Below are positions 24,111-38,200 of a stretch of DNA of 64,000 nt, piece after piece. The notes under the pieces are model-generated. The model was not told where the DNA came from and did not search any database. It saw only the letters and a list, made by a program, of their open reading frames with translations. Both the position numbers and the translations under genes were made by a program. Origin of the DNA: Seison nebaliae (taxonomy: Eukaryota); NCBI GenBank assembly GCA_023231475.1, contig JALJEE010002047.1:1-64000 (forward strand), in the 5' to 3' direction. Each line of letters starts with the position of its first letter. Position 1 is the first letter of the stretch.

Positions 24111-25587
24111 ATTCAACTTTTACTTTTACAACGATGAATGGTGTTTCCTGATAGCTCATATTCTTCCATACGTCTATCATATTTTCATTTATATTTCCAT
24201 TCTTATTTCACTCATTTTCATATAAATATTTGTATCAATTCCAAATTGTATGAAATCCATAAGAATTACGCACAAAATATTTCTCCAATTCAATTCGAGT
24301 TCGTATGAAAGAGGAGATATGTTTAATAATGATATTCAATAAATTTAAAGATTTCCTCATTTTCCCATCAACGAGAGATTTTGGGAGATTTTCCATTCAA
24401 TATTCTTCTAATCAAATAAACATTTTCTTTCTCATAATCTGCTACATACTCGATTTCGTCGATAATAAAATGATAAAAGAAACTACTCTACAAATGTGAT
24501 TAGAAGGACATTCTTGCAGGAATTGAACCATCATTATTTGGTGGACATATAAGAACGATGGAGAATTCTTATTAATTAGATGTTAATGAATCGGATTACG
24601 GTCAAATGTCTAACTAAAGCATAATCTGTCGGGTTTATGATGAGAAGAAAGAAATTTAATATATGTTCTCTCAAATTTATAGTTTCCTTCGACCATTCAC
24701 TTCTCTTTCGTTCTCTCTTATGACTTCTAAGGGTTTTATGACGTAATTCGAGGAATATATAATCTTCAAAATCTGCATATAATCTGCACACACCAAAATC
24801 GAATGATCGGATGACGACGGTAAATTAGAAATTCAATTAAAGGAAATGAAATAAATACTATTTCATCTTCCATACACATATCTGGAAGGTTAAATCCTTT
24901 TCATTTCCACCAACTCCCGATTAGACGAGGGTCAAAAACCAATTCCTCTTCAATCAAACGAAAAGGAAATACTCTTCACAATTTTCGTTAACTAATGGAA
25001 TTACTAAATATATCAATGACGAACAATTTTAGTTACTTCTCCTTCTCCCATCAGTCACCTTCCCACAGTTCCAATGACAGAATTAAAGAATTATTATAAA
25101 AAAAATCATTTTCATACGTCAACGGATGTGATACGTATGAGAAGAAGAAAAGTATTTCACCAACCGAATGTCATTATTATTTCATTCTTTCAATTCTGTT
25201 AGTTGCAAGTTTTTCATTCGATGATTGACAATGTAATCATAGATAAATGTTTCTAATAATTTCATTCATTGATGAATTTCATTCTCAAACAGGATTGTAT
25301 GACGGTTTATCCAAAGAAAATATTTTTTATCGGTCTGAAGAGCTAAGTTTCACAAAATCCGAAAAAATTAAATTTCTTTCAGATAATCCGAAAAGATTAT
25401 AATTATTAAAAAATTCATCGTTCGGTTAATGAAAAGCTTTCATATAATCCGAACGGAAATTGTGTTGGAACTTTTTATATCAATTAAAAATCAATTTATA
25501 ATTTTAAGTTTTAAAGTTTTATTTGTTTCTCTTCTGGGAGAAAATGAAATGAAGAACCACAAATGAAATGTTAAATTAAAAAGAGTT

Positions 25588-27846
25588 TCATTCGAATAAA
25601 TTTTCAGTAGATCCTTCTCTTTCTGTCAGAATTTTGACTCGTTTAGTAGTGAACGTTTGTTTCTCATGTGATAACTGATAGGCCTGATCTCCATAGTGGC
25701 ATGTATCGTGTAATTCCATTTTAGTAGCCCGACCAATCCTGAAGAGTGGCACTTCGTCATTAAAAATGGATATACCTTTCGCTGAATTTCTCGTTATGTA
25801 ATCTTCCAAAGTATCAGTCAAATTCCGTTTCTCTTCCAATAACTTATCACGTTCTCTCTTCAAGAGAACTATGTCGAAACGAACTTTATTCTCTTTCAAC
25901 CAATGTAAAGAGAAGTGCTCGTCCTCCATATAGAAATCTTTCACCTGACTCAACGATTTGTCTAACTTGTGAAGAGATTTATTCAAATGTTCATATTCGA
26001 GAATTGCTTGTCGTCCCGTTCGATGCGTCTCAAATTGGAAAGCACTTATATCTTCTTTCTTACTCAACCGATTAGATAATCGTGCAAGAGCTGCCGTTTT
26101 CTCACCTTCCTTTATCGTATTCTCCAATCGACGAATGACCATTTCGCTCGTCACTGACAAATTCTTCAATCGATTGTCCAACACGACCAACATCCGATTC
26201 ACTGCAATTTTCAATTGTCGATAATGTCGAACGATTCGAATTCGATTCTTTTCGAGAGATAGAAACAGATTTAATATTGGAAGGAGAATTGTAACATCAA
26301 CAAGAAGTTCATTGATCAATTCGAAAGTTTCTTTCCGACGCTCCATTTCTTTCTTGAACAATCCGATATTTTTCTATGAGAATTAGAGAATTTTAGATTA
26401 ATTCGATAAATATCATTTCAAACTGTCAACTCGTCAATCGCCTGTTGATTGGAACGGATCTCAGTCATCGCATCATCATCATATGTCATGTACTCCTTCA
26501 ATAAAGTCCGTCGTTCACCATTCATTACTTTATCTTTTTTCATCAATTCAAAAAATTGTTTCCAAATACTATCTAATTGTTGCTCGGCTCTTATTTGCAA
26601 TTGATGTTTCTGTTCTAAATGCTATTGATTTAATATAATAATTAGATAATTATGAATGAATGATAAATGAATGAGAATAACTCGTGTTTTCGTCTCATCT
26701 TTTATTGCCACCATATCATTATCCTGATCCATATCGATATCTTCTTTATCTTTCGTCATCGCATAAGTTACATCCTCCACGTAATACATACTCTTCTCAT
26801 GTCGTTCTAACATGTCGCGATGTAACTCTTCAAAATGATCTCGAAGATTATCGATAGTTTCATAGAAATACTCTAAAGAATTGAGAAGAATGTTTAATGG
26901 AATCGAAAGAGAAAATAATGGAACTCATAAGAGCTGACGATTCCTTTTTGAAACCATAATGACTTCCAATCTTCTCCAAGAACTCAATATGTCGTCCATA
27001 ACAAAATCGATATTGCTCTTCGAAATCTTCGATTTCTTGACACAACAATTCGATGGTACGATCTTTAGAAGAAAGAATGCGAAGACATGTATCCTCCGCT
27101 ATCTTCTTATCATTCTTCGTCAATTTCGTTCTCATTTTACTCAAATTCTTCCTCCAGATCGCATCTAATTTAAATTCGTTCTTATTTAACGCACTCTCCT
27201 CGAGGATGTGGAGAATTTGTAACAACGAACTGTCTTCCGTAAATAACTTAAATGAAATGGGATTAATATCTTCAGCTAATACTCGAGCACGAAAGAAATT
27301 TGGGTTTCCTGTCTGCGATTGTTTCATTCCTCCGAACATCAAATTATCGAACCGGCGACCACCCATCTTATTATTATTTAGATTCATGTTCCATATTTCC
27401 ATTTTATTATTCTGATTTTCATTTTCTTCATTCACTCTCTGTTCTATCATATCGATAGAATTGGATTGAACAGTATCTGAACAATTATTATCATTCTTCT
27501 CCTCATTATTTATCAACTGAATTGTGGTAGTTGGATCGATTATCGCTTCTGAAATCGTCATATTCTTATCTGAAGTGATTGGACGAATATCCAATTTATT
27601 CTCATCAATTTCTCGACAATTATCTAAACCGAAAATCTCTTGAATTCCATGATAATTTCCACTACCAAACAATTCTTTAATTCTCCCACTATAATCCACT
27701 TCATTCACTTCTTCTTCTCCTCCTATATCTTTCATCAAATATTCGATTCGTGTCTTGTTCGCAATTCTCTCATTCTCCAACTCCTTCTCCAACTCCTTCT
27801 CCAATTCACTTTCACTCTCACTCCTCAACAAATCGACCGAACTCAT
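25588..27846 (-). CDS. CCDC65: Dynein regulatory complex subunit 2 (CCDC65/DRC2)-like; 4 exons, introns 26924-26873, 26681-26622 and 26423-26374
   Basis: Four track ORFs join in frame through 52-, 60- and 50-nt GT-AG introns. WRKNL...RILSSKDRTIELLCQEIEDFEEQY...RHIEFLEKI and W.KENKVRFD..LL.RER..L..E..NL...LEDYI match DRC2 blocks (KD.VI..L..DL.EAEEQY; FWKRYNKV.L). The N-terminal extension is acidic/Asn-rich. Confidence 0.8.
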
Positions 27847-27867
27847 TTCACGAAACTACTAATGATG

Positions 27868-27881
27868 GTGACTGTGGAAAC
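27868..27881. promoter_or_regulatory. Degenerate X-box-like motif just upstream of the CCDC65 ATG
   Basis: The minus strand reads GTTTCCACAGTCAC, with 2 mismatches to RTHNYYWTRRNRAC. It lies 22-35 bp upstream of a motile-cilia gene. Confidence 0.3.
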
Positions 27882-28065
27882 ACTTACGGTTTAATTCTGC
27901 GCAATTTTCTCAAATTATTAAGTTGTCTAATCTGATCAAAAAATTCCGTTAGAGAAAAAATTCTTCAAGATGACCGTTAAATTATTCGACCGTTTTTATT
28001 CATGTCATATCGAAAGTTCAAAATCGTCAAAATTAATTCAAAATTATTTTTATTATTATAATATA

Positions 28066-28971
28066 TTATTTCTTAAATATCGTTTCTAAATAAGTGAAGA
28101 ATTGGAATGACATCTCATAACCAAGAAAACATGCTGCATTCACTACAATTGCACGTGCCGTTACCGGTGCACTACCACGAAAGAATGCTGATGCTCCATG
28201 TTTTCTATACAAACTTTTTATAATTTCTCTAGAGGAAACTTTATCAAAAGTAGATTGAACTCGCGATTTGATGACATCTTGTGGCATTGCACTTACCCAA
28301 AACATCATTCCGGCACTCGCACCAGCTATCATAACCTTCAAAATGGATATTTTCTTTTTCTTCAATTCCTCTTCCGTGTACAACATTCGTTTCATCGTTT
28401 CATAAACTCCAAAATAAACGAACGTTCCTGGAACATCACGACAGAGAGTGAGAAAACTTCCTCGAACAACTCCTGAAATGCCTTGATTCCTCAACAATTT
28501 CCCCACAACATCAAACGGTCCGGAGAATTTTTTCACTTTCTCAGAATTATGTGTCTGAAGTAAACATTTTATTCGTTCTCCTGGACCTACAACAGTTGTG
28601 GTACACACACCAGCCATTGCACCTGCCATCGCACTGGTGAAATCGAATTCTTTAACAAAAGGTTTCGTGACGGTTTTCGTCTGATTTTCCACCGTTGTTT
28701 GACGAGAAATTAAGTAATGTTTCGTCTTTTCATAACTCCAGAATTGTAAAGCGAAAATGGGAGCTACTCCAATGAGAATGGTAGACATTCCACGATAGAA
28801 TCCTTTAACACCATCGACATGGAATGTTCGTCTGATGGCATGGAATGTTCCATGATAATTAGTGGAGGATTGCAGGAGAACTTTAATCGTATCAAATGGA
28901 TGACCAGTCAACACCACACAAATACCACCACAACCACCGGCTAATAATTCTTTCCATCCACTCTCGCCCAT
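28066..28971 (-). CDS. SLC25A20: Mitochondrial carnitine/acylcarnitine carrier (SLC25 family), intronless CDS
   Basis: The 301-aa protein has three carrier repeats (GHPFDTIKV, PGERIKCLLQ, PQDVIKSRVQ). The CACT-type features APIFAL.F, RDVP...YF..YE and RA..VNAACFLGYE are present. Confidence 0.85.
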   Translation of the reverse strand: MGESGWKELLAGGCGGICVVLTGHPFDTIKVLLQSSTNYHGTFHAIRRTFHVDGVKGFYRGMSTILIGVAPIFALQFWSYEKTKHYLISRQTTVENQTKTVTKPFVKEFDFTSAMAGAMAGVCTTTVVGPGERIKCLLQTHNSEKVKKFSGPFDVVGKLLRNQGISGVVRGSFLTLCRDVPGTFVYFGVYETMKRMLYTEEELKKKKISILKVMIAGASAGMMFWVSAMPQDVIKSRVQSTFDKVSSREIIKSLYRKHGASAFFRGSAPVTARAIVVNAACFLGYEMSFQFFTYLETIFKK

Positions 28972-29741
28972 TTACCTGTGAATCATTATCGAAAAATTAT
29001 TGTGATATCTCCACACATGTCAGACCACTCATTCTTTAAACTTTCTATTTAAATAATAATAATAAATTTCTCTTAACTACAATTCAAACCAATCTCATTC
29101 ACAATAGAAAAGGATGGAACTAACAAAATGTAACGATACTGAAATCGGTAAAAAATGAAAGAGAAAAAGGAATTTGTAAATTATTCAATCGAATTTTTTA
29201 AAATTAATTTCAAACTAACTTTAGTTTTAATGCTTCTAAAATTAAATTTAGTTAACTTTAAAGTTAAATAGGTAAACAATTTAAATTAAATTAGTTAATT
29301 GATGATATTCCTCAAAAAATTGAAGTTAAAAGAACTTCTTAAATTGTATTATGAAACAAGATTATGAAATATAAAGTTATTTAATTCCTGATATGGTTCG
29401 AATGACAGAGTGCATGAGAGATTAAATGATAAATAATATTTGAGTTGCAGGAGACTTTGAATCGACAATTACTATGAAGGGGGATGGTGGGATGATAAAG
29501 TTGAATTAGTTTTATTTTGTTACTTCAACTTGACGAGATGGTTGGAAGATAGTCTAATGTATTTGGACTTTCTGATTAATGATAATGAAAGAGATAATAG
29601 AACATGAGGGGAATGATTGGAAAGACACACCAAAACATGAAATAAATAATCAAAGTTTCTTTTGATAAAGTTTTTTGAAAATGTTTTATAAGTCGAATGA
29701 AGCTTTCATGTCATTCATCAATCAAATTGTGAAAAACGGAA

Positions 29742-30642
29742 ATGTTGGGAATGCTATTCTTTCTTGGAGCACTTGCTACCGCTGGAGTCACACTAACTTC
29801 ATTTTTGCTTCTTAAAAACAGTGAGCCGACTTATGTGACGTCAAGATCGATTACGAAATTCGTTGAAAAAGTTAAATATTCCCCATCTTATGTGACTCAA
29901 CGTTTACCAATAACTGAGGCACCAATCGTCCACATCAACACTCGTCCTATTTCTACAATTATGACTACTAGTTCTACAATAACAACAACAACAAGTTCCA
30001 CGACGACACCATCACCACCACCACCACCACCACCAACAACAACAAGTGGGAATAGTTGGGATTATTATATTAATGAAGAAGATTATTTATTTCTTTCAAA
30101 TAACGAATATTTTGAAAAATTGGCGAATGAATATGGAGAACTGCTCGTCTCTCATCACCATCAAAATGAAATTTTTCCATCGGAGAATGATATTGGGAAA
30201 ATAGTTGAGAGAGAGAAAGTTTTCAATATTCGATTTCTTTAGTTTATAATTAATGAAACTATAAATATATTTTTAGAAATTATTCATAATTTATGATGAT
30301 CAATCATCAATCGTCTTGAGCATTTGGCATAATGTTCATGTGAAATTATTATCGTGGACGCTACTGCCGACTTTGTGCATGACAGAATATGGTCCATTGA
30401 GATATTTCTTCTTCAATTCTCCTAACAATTCAACTACCATCGGATATAGTAACCGACATATCCTAATTAGATTCGACTTTAAACATCAGAAAGTGGAAAC
30501 GAGAGTTATTAATGAAAATTTCCCTTACAACAATGAGATACTTTACTCCTCCATTTATGGGATGAACGAGGAGAATGCGAAAGATTTTGAGAATGAGCTC
30601 ATATCTGACCGATCGAGGGAAGGCATACACATCCAATGTTAA
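29742..30642 (+). CDS. Uncharacterised membrane-anchored protein with Thr/Pro-rich (mucin-like) stalk; 2 exons, intron 30219-30276
   Basis: It has an N-terminal hydrophobic segment and a TTTTSSTTTPSPPPPPPPTTT stalk. The two track ORFs join in frame (EREK|KLFIIYDDQSSIVLSIWHN) through a 58-nt GTTTTC...TTTAG intron. The 3' end is uncertain. Confidence 0.6.
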
Positions 30643-32270
30643 TTATAATGAAATTAATGATATAAATAAAAATTCTCTTCTTTATACATTTCCTCAGAAA
30701 ATAAATTGATAAGCAGTGGAGGCTTCACATTTGTCCAGAGAAGAAGTGGTGGATTTGGAAGAAATCATTCTGTCACTGAGAGATCACACATCCTGAATGA
30801 ATTGAGGATGATCATAGTGCAATTAACATTGTAGTCGATAACAAGGACAATAAGACAAATGACCGTACTTCCTTGTCGCTGTAGAGCGGTAGTTAATTTT
30901 ACTGACATTAATTTTCTATCTACACTCTCCCTGCCCCCTCTTCCCCTCCTTAGACGGGAAGAAGTTTAGAGGAACAACAAATTAATGAAAACATTTGAAA
31001 TTTTTCATTCCTCTTTCCTGTTCATTACTACTTCGTTTTTGTTGACGTGAAACTTGTTTGATAAATATGTTTTTCTCATTTCCATACCGTCATCATTGAG
31101 TGATGGACGGTATGAATTGAATACGCTATTTTCCAATAAATCAAATTGACTACGCATTCAAAATAATTGACTTTTTACTCATTCAATGAATGAAGATGAA
31201 AAGCTTATCTAACTTCTACAAAACATTAATTCACATATCAAATTGTGAATGGAAGGTGAGTGAGTGAGTGGAATGAATGACAGCGGGTTCACTAAAAAAC
31301 CATTTTGGTGGTTTTCCCGACACATCTCACCAATTCATACAACGTTGATGGTAGTTGGCGACGAATACATATGAATAGGAAGCCGAATACATTTGATTTA
31401 TTAACTTACTTTGATTCATCTTCATTCTCCTCAAATTTACACTCTCCCCCCGTGTCCATATGTGTATTTTTGTGTGTATGTGTGTGAGTGTTGTGTGTAT
31501 ATATAATAAAAAGGCGAGTAAATTTAAGTAGTGGAAGGGTGTGCGTATTTTTCCGAACACCTTTGCGTATCTTCGTTGTGAGAAGGAACAAGTGATTGAA
31601 TTAGTCTGGTGATTGTTGTGAATAATTTGACGATTTCGCTTCTTATGAAATGTTCATGAAATTTTTTGTTTTCCATTTTAGAACGTCAAATTGTTCATGT
31701 CCATTTTTCCGATATTCATTAAAGGGAGTTGAATTTGATAAAAGACCATTTTTCTTTTTCTCTCAAAATTCGGAGAAATTCATTTGACGGATAAAATGAG
31801 CTAAAAATGATGTGAAGAAATTATTTGAGGAGATTGTGGACAAGATATTGTGTGGTTGAAGAGCATGTTCGTCCAACTTGTGTTGCACATTTCTTGCAAA
31901 GGGAATGATTAAAATTGGTTAGCGAGTTATCTCGGTTACGAGAGTGAAGTGGAGGAATGAAAGTAAACAATTTCCACATTTCTCCAGTGTAAATAGGCGG
32001 AGAATGAAATGGAGAAATGAGAATTGTTTAATCAAATTCTTTCTTTCAAGAATTTTCCCGACAATTTCGGATGAATCTCTTCTTATTAATTGACTTATCG
32101 AATTGTTTTCATGCATTCCCATTCTCAACAGATTTTTTCACCACAATCACATTTCAGCACGATAATAACAAACAAACACACGAATTCATGTGGATGTGTG
32201 TCAGTGTGAGTTTGTGCGAATATATTATGTGGAAGAAATCGTCAAAACGATTCCAAATAGAAATGTTAAA

Positions 32271-35200
32271 ATGAAGACGTCCACCGCCTCCAAATCACAA
32301 GTGATAACACCGATCGATGAGAAAATTGTAGAGCATTCCGTCATCTCCAATAGTAGTCATTCACCAAAATGTCCCAAAAGTAATTCGATCGATCGAATAT
32401 CATCACAGAAAGATGTCGCTTCACCAGTCGCATCAACTACCACCTCTGCCATCAATGTAACACCATCAGCACAATTCCAATTATCGGGACGATTGATCGA
32501 TCTGTTTATGAGAGAGATCTGCAACGAAACAAACGAGAATGCACAATTTCGACTGGCTGTTCTCCTCTATGTCTATTGTCTGAAACGACTTTGTCTCAAT
32601 ACGAGATCAGATCAACATCGAATTTTTCTTCAGGATGTCTGGTCTCGTTTCTTCGGTCTTATATCACAAAACGAACAAAATCGAATTTCTCTAGATAGGA
32701 GACATGCATACATCATACTCGCCATTTTCGAATTGGCTAAATCGAGAGCGTTAGATGAATTCCGTTCGAATTTCTCAATTGTAGTCTATAAATTCGTTTG
32801 GAGTCCCAAATCGATCGCATCGAAAGCTCAATTGATCGCATTGGTATCAAGTGGATTGAATGATATCGAACCATTAATTCAAATATTTCAAGAGAAGGAG
32901 ATCATTCGAACGGATTGGGATGAAGAGAAATTGTTATTGAATGTAAATTTATTGAAAGAATTCGCATTTCGTGCACCATCATTATTCGTGAAACAAATTC
33001 GAGAATTTTCACTCCTCCTCCCTCACATCTTCACCAATTCTTATGCTAATAAGAATTGGGAAGTGATTGCCGATCTCATCAATATCGTTCTTCGTGTTAT
33101 GATCGAAAGAAAAGAAGAAACATCATCAGTTTCAAATATTTACGAATCAATTTTGAGAGTTTTTCTCTCACCCACCGACGTCTCAGTACGAGGGAAATTA
33201 TTCTTGTTAAATGCTCTCCTTCGTACTTGCAACGCCGATTTCGAAAAGAAACGAGCGAATATCACCGGAATATTCTCGACGAGATATCAATATATTTATA
33301 ATCCGAACACAAACGAACCGAGTCGTCTCATGGACATGTTTGTAACGGATCAATATGGTATCAATTTATTGAAAGCCATCGACCGTTTCCAATGGTATGA
33401 TGATAATGGTAATTTCATTCTATGGAAAACGATCGTTCACGAAATATTCAAATCATCGAAAAGTTTAATTTATCCTCATATCGTTCAACCGGTAGAGAAG
33501 GAGGCACGAGAATATATTAAATCGTCGTCGATGATTTCTCCTCTTGATCTCCATCGTCACATGTACGTACCATCGATAATTGTGGAGTGTGCGGATGTGG
33601 CGGATTATCTTCGAAGTAATTCGAATGTCATTCAACCTTTCTTAAAGAATGTGGTGATGGAAACGAGATGTTATGATCATGTTCTCCTCAAAGTCCTCCC
33701 CAGATGGACAGCGTTTGTTCCCACTTCAGATAATATTGCTATCCTCCCACATATTCTCCGTTATTTACGACGTTGTTTGAATCGAGCAGCGGATTTCCCA
33801 TCCAAATCATTTATTCTTTTATCAACGGCATTTCTCGTTCTCGCTTTCTATTCATCGAAACAATCGATATTACATCGTCACATACCAATAGATTTGGATA
33901 GTGCGGCGTCGAAAAAACGAAAGAAATTAAATGAATTAAGAATAAATATGATGACCATTCCCGAATATACGGAATTGTTACGTGACATCAAAACGATCAT
34001 TCTCCAATTCTTTCATGAACGATCGAATAATGACGAGAAACAACGTCAACAAATGAGACCGAATGTCTTCGCTTGTCTTACCATGTTATGTTCAATTCCT
34101 GATGATCATTTGAGCGAATCTTTCCTCAACGAGTTATTGGAACGATTATTCGATTATAAACTCTCACAGGATATGGTGAGTTGGATGATGGAATTGTCAA
34201 GAGAAAAACCGACAATGGCAGGAATTGTTGGAAAGAGATTATATTCGAGAGTGTTCGACATTCTCAATCGTCCATTAGCATCGAAAGATTTTCATAATGT
34301 ACATCAACCATCATCAGAAGAACGATTTCAAATATTTTATGCTCTTCGAATCATTTCCACATATCAGTGGCAGGAGACGTCGAAAGATGCATTCACAAAT
34401 ATGATTTGTCATTATTGGATATGGTATCCAGATAAGACGATTCGTATGGAAGCAATTAATACATTATTCTTCTTATTAGATTCATTAATTGAGTTAAATG
34501 CTTCTGGTCTCAATCCATATCCATCAATTAACAACAATTCCAATAACAGTGATTTCTTATTAAAAAAAAATCGATCTTCATTCAATAATGTTTCATCTCT
34601 CCAACAACAACAACAACAACAACATCATCATTACCATCATCATCATCATCACAATCAACAACAACAACAACAACATCAGACTAGTTCACAGAAATCGAAT
34701 GAAACGAATTTTATTGATCGTTTAAATATTTCTTCTTCTTCAACATCACATGGTGCAAATTTGAATTATTCATCATCAAATCTTCTCAAAACGATAGGCG
34801 ATGATTATTCATCGGTTATTCATAATCCGATTATATTCCGTGCTGTATCAATCATCATCAATTCACTTCTCAATCTCGGTTTGGCCGATAGAGAGGAGAT
34901 AATTCGCCTTCACGTTTATCGACGATTTCATTCGAGACGAATGTACAATATTTATTTGGCTCAACCAGAAAATTTGAGAATTTTATTCTTTTCATTAAAC
35001 GACACGTCATTGGCAGTTCAATGTCCAGTAGTCAGTATCATCGGTTCGCTCTCATCCATTACTCCATCATTCGTCGTACCAAAATTGAGGAAATATTTGA
35101 TTCAATTACTCTCCGAATTACGATACGGAACATTAGACGATGACAATAGTTTCAATTCATCAAAACTTCTTTCCATCCTCATCAGTAGTGCACCACGATT

Positions 35201-38200
35201 GACACGTCCATTTATCGAGCCGATGATGCAAGGATTATTGAAACATATCAAAGATCAACCATATGATCAAGCAGTGATTAATGGATTAGATGCCATCGGT
35301 GCTCTCGCACAAATCTCTGATAAGGAAATGATAAAATATTTCGACGATTTACAACGACAATTAATGCCCATCATTTTACAACCGACCGATATCTGTAAAA
35401 GAACGAAAGCTCTTGTTGTTTTTGGTCATATGATCAGAAGTACAGGAAAAGTCATCGAACCATATCTCCAATTCAGTTCGTTGATGACCACACTCCTCTC
35501 CACCTTAAGTCTCGAAACGTGTAACGACATCGAATTTCGAGGAGAAGTCGTTCGACTTTTGGGCATTTTAGGTGCACTCGATTCTTATCGACATTATGAA
35601 TCGATTGGTGCCATCGAATCTACTTCCGAAATATCGACGATGGCCAAAAGTTTTCCAGCCAACTCACAAGAAGCTGCTTCAGAAATGAAATTGAGAAATC
35701 ATGAAAGGAAGACAGATATGGAAATTCTTGTTTCTATGGGAACGGGAGAAGTAACAGATGAATATTATGCGGCGATTGTTATTGCCACATTAGTGAAACC
35801 ATTACAATTACCACAAGAGATGAGTCAGACGTCATTATTACAACAAACGTTGAGTGCGATAACATTTCTTTTTACTGAAATCAAAGAGGAAGAACTTCGA
35901 GAGAAATACTTCAATAAAATCATGCCACCTTTCCTCGATTTATTACGTTCATCCAACGAAGATGATTTCTTATTCGAACAATTGAAGGATTGGTTCAGAA
36001 TTATGCAGAAACATATCGAATGTTATATTAATGAGATTGTGGTAGTCATTCTACAGAAATGGGATGCAGGTGATCGTATTTCTCATACTCAAGTCGCTTA
36101 TTTTGTGGAAATAATCGAAGCGATCGCTAAAGCGTTAGGACCGGAATTCAAACAACATCTTCCAGTATTGTTGCCGAAGATGTTGAATGTATTACAAGAT
36201 GCAAGAAATGAGAATAATATAGAGATTGTATTGAGATCGATTTCACATTATGTTTATGCGTTTGATGATTCCTTAAATATTATCGTCGTTCAATTGATAC
36301 GATTATTTCGAAATTCGAATTTTACACCAAAAACGAGACGAACTGCTCTCCAGACATTGAGAGTTTTCATTCAGAATTTAGATTTACATGATTATGCCTC
36401 ACAAATCGTTCATTCCATTCGTCACGTTTTTATGATATTACCTTCGTCGGAATTTAATGAAATTGATGCGACCGATATCCTCCAATTACCATTATCTCAT
36501 CCATATGATGATTATCCAACATCATCCAACGTCTCAACTACAACGAATAATAAAATAAATAAGAATACAGAAAATAATACGAGTGACGAGAATCTTGCTA
36601 ATCAATTGGCTTCAATCGTTGGTGTTTCCACCAATAAACGACCCACATTTTCTCATCATTCCAATTCGAATGAGAAGAAAATAAATTCGAAAACTCTTAT
36701 TAATATTAGTGGGATTGGAAACAGCACAACCGCTACCTCGAAAACGAAAAAGACAACGGAAAATAATTATGGTTTTCTTAGTCGTCTCAATCCTTCAACT
36801 GATAATTCGGAAACATCGGATAAGAGTGGAAGCTCCTCAACAACTGGTACAACATCGACTACTTCTGGGTCGAATAGTTCGAAAAATAAACGGAGAACAT
36901 TATCGAAATATGGGAGAAGTCGATCAGAGAATTCGGAGACAGTAGATCGTCGTCGAGAGATCGAAATGATGGCAGATGTTCTATTCGAATGTATTCTCAC
37001 ATTCGTCGAACGAATGGGAACGGCTTTCCTTCCATTTGATCGACTTATTAATCACGTTATAGAAATGAAGGCACCTAATCAATATTCACGATATGTGGAA
37101 GCGATAACACAAGTGGAGAAAGATAATTTTTATGATGCTAATTATTCATTTCGAGCAATTCAAGTTTATAATGTCGCTGTCTTCAATCGAACCGTTGATT
37201 TAGCGAATTCATCATATGAGAAATCCAGTCCACAAATGAAATCAAATACGAAAAGAAGTTCTAATCATTCATTGGCCTCCTCCCAACACCAACAACAACA
37301 ACCACAATTGTTATGTAATATGCAAATGTTGCCGATCGATCGAAGTCTCGATAATTCGAGTGATGATTTGGAAAGTTTAAATTATGGTCATACGAAAGGT
37401 GAAGTGATTACGTCGACGACTCAATTTGTGAATTTGTTGACAGATTTAGATTTATTATTGAAATATTCGGAAGATAATACGAATAGGGAGAAGTTGATAT
37501 CAGCATTCCAGAACATTGTCTATGATATTCTCGAATTGTCATCGATTAATATTTTGAGAATCTGTTCTACTGTCGTCATGAGTAGTTATCAGATAGCGAA
37601 GGATTTATTCAATTCCGCTTTCCTATCAATGTGGCTCGAATTGACTGAATCGAATCGATGGAAAATTTCGAGAAAATTAGAAGCATTATGTGAGAGAGCA
37701 ACTTCACCTGAAATGATTCAAATCGTTCTGTCATTAGCTGAATTCTTAGAACATTATGACATGTATCAGAAACGTCGTTCTAATACGCCAATCCGTAAGA
37801 ATCGACCACCAAATGATCTTTATAATGATCAATCGAAAGTTAAATCAACACAACATAATCAAGTGACATTGGCATCTGCCGCATCATCACTCAAACGACA
37901 AGATCAACAATTATATGACACAACCAACAACAAAAACAATAATAATAACAATAACAATAATGTGGCAAGTGGTAAAATTAGGAATCAGAATCAATTATTT
38001 TTACCGAATATTGATAAGAAATTCGATTTAGAGAATGATCATTTAAATTATTATCAATATTCTAATGATGACACACATAAAAATGATAACAACATCACCA
38101 ATAATAATCATAATACACCACAACCATCAAATGTAGTGAATGTCTCACCGAATACGAGTGGGAGAAATGGTCTCCATCATCAAATGAATTTGCCACAACT

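Noticed and set aside
25588..27846. Broken ORFs in CCDC65, TOR and LMAN2 as frameshifts, pseudogenes or stop-codon recoding
   Set aside because: Every break is explained by a short GT-AG intron that restores the frame, so no alternative genetic code is needed.
28972..28985. Acceptor-like CAG just before the SLC25A20 ATG (likewise before the FLYWCH ATG) as evidence of SL trans-splicing
   Set aside because: It is equally explained by ordinary 5'-UTR introns or chance and cannot be distinguished without transcripts.
30622..30834. Possible third exon of the mucin-like gene via a GC donor or the GTTAAT...CTCAG intron
   Set aside because: The GT donor creates a TAA at the junction, and the GC donor has no independent support.
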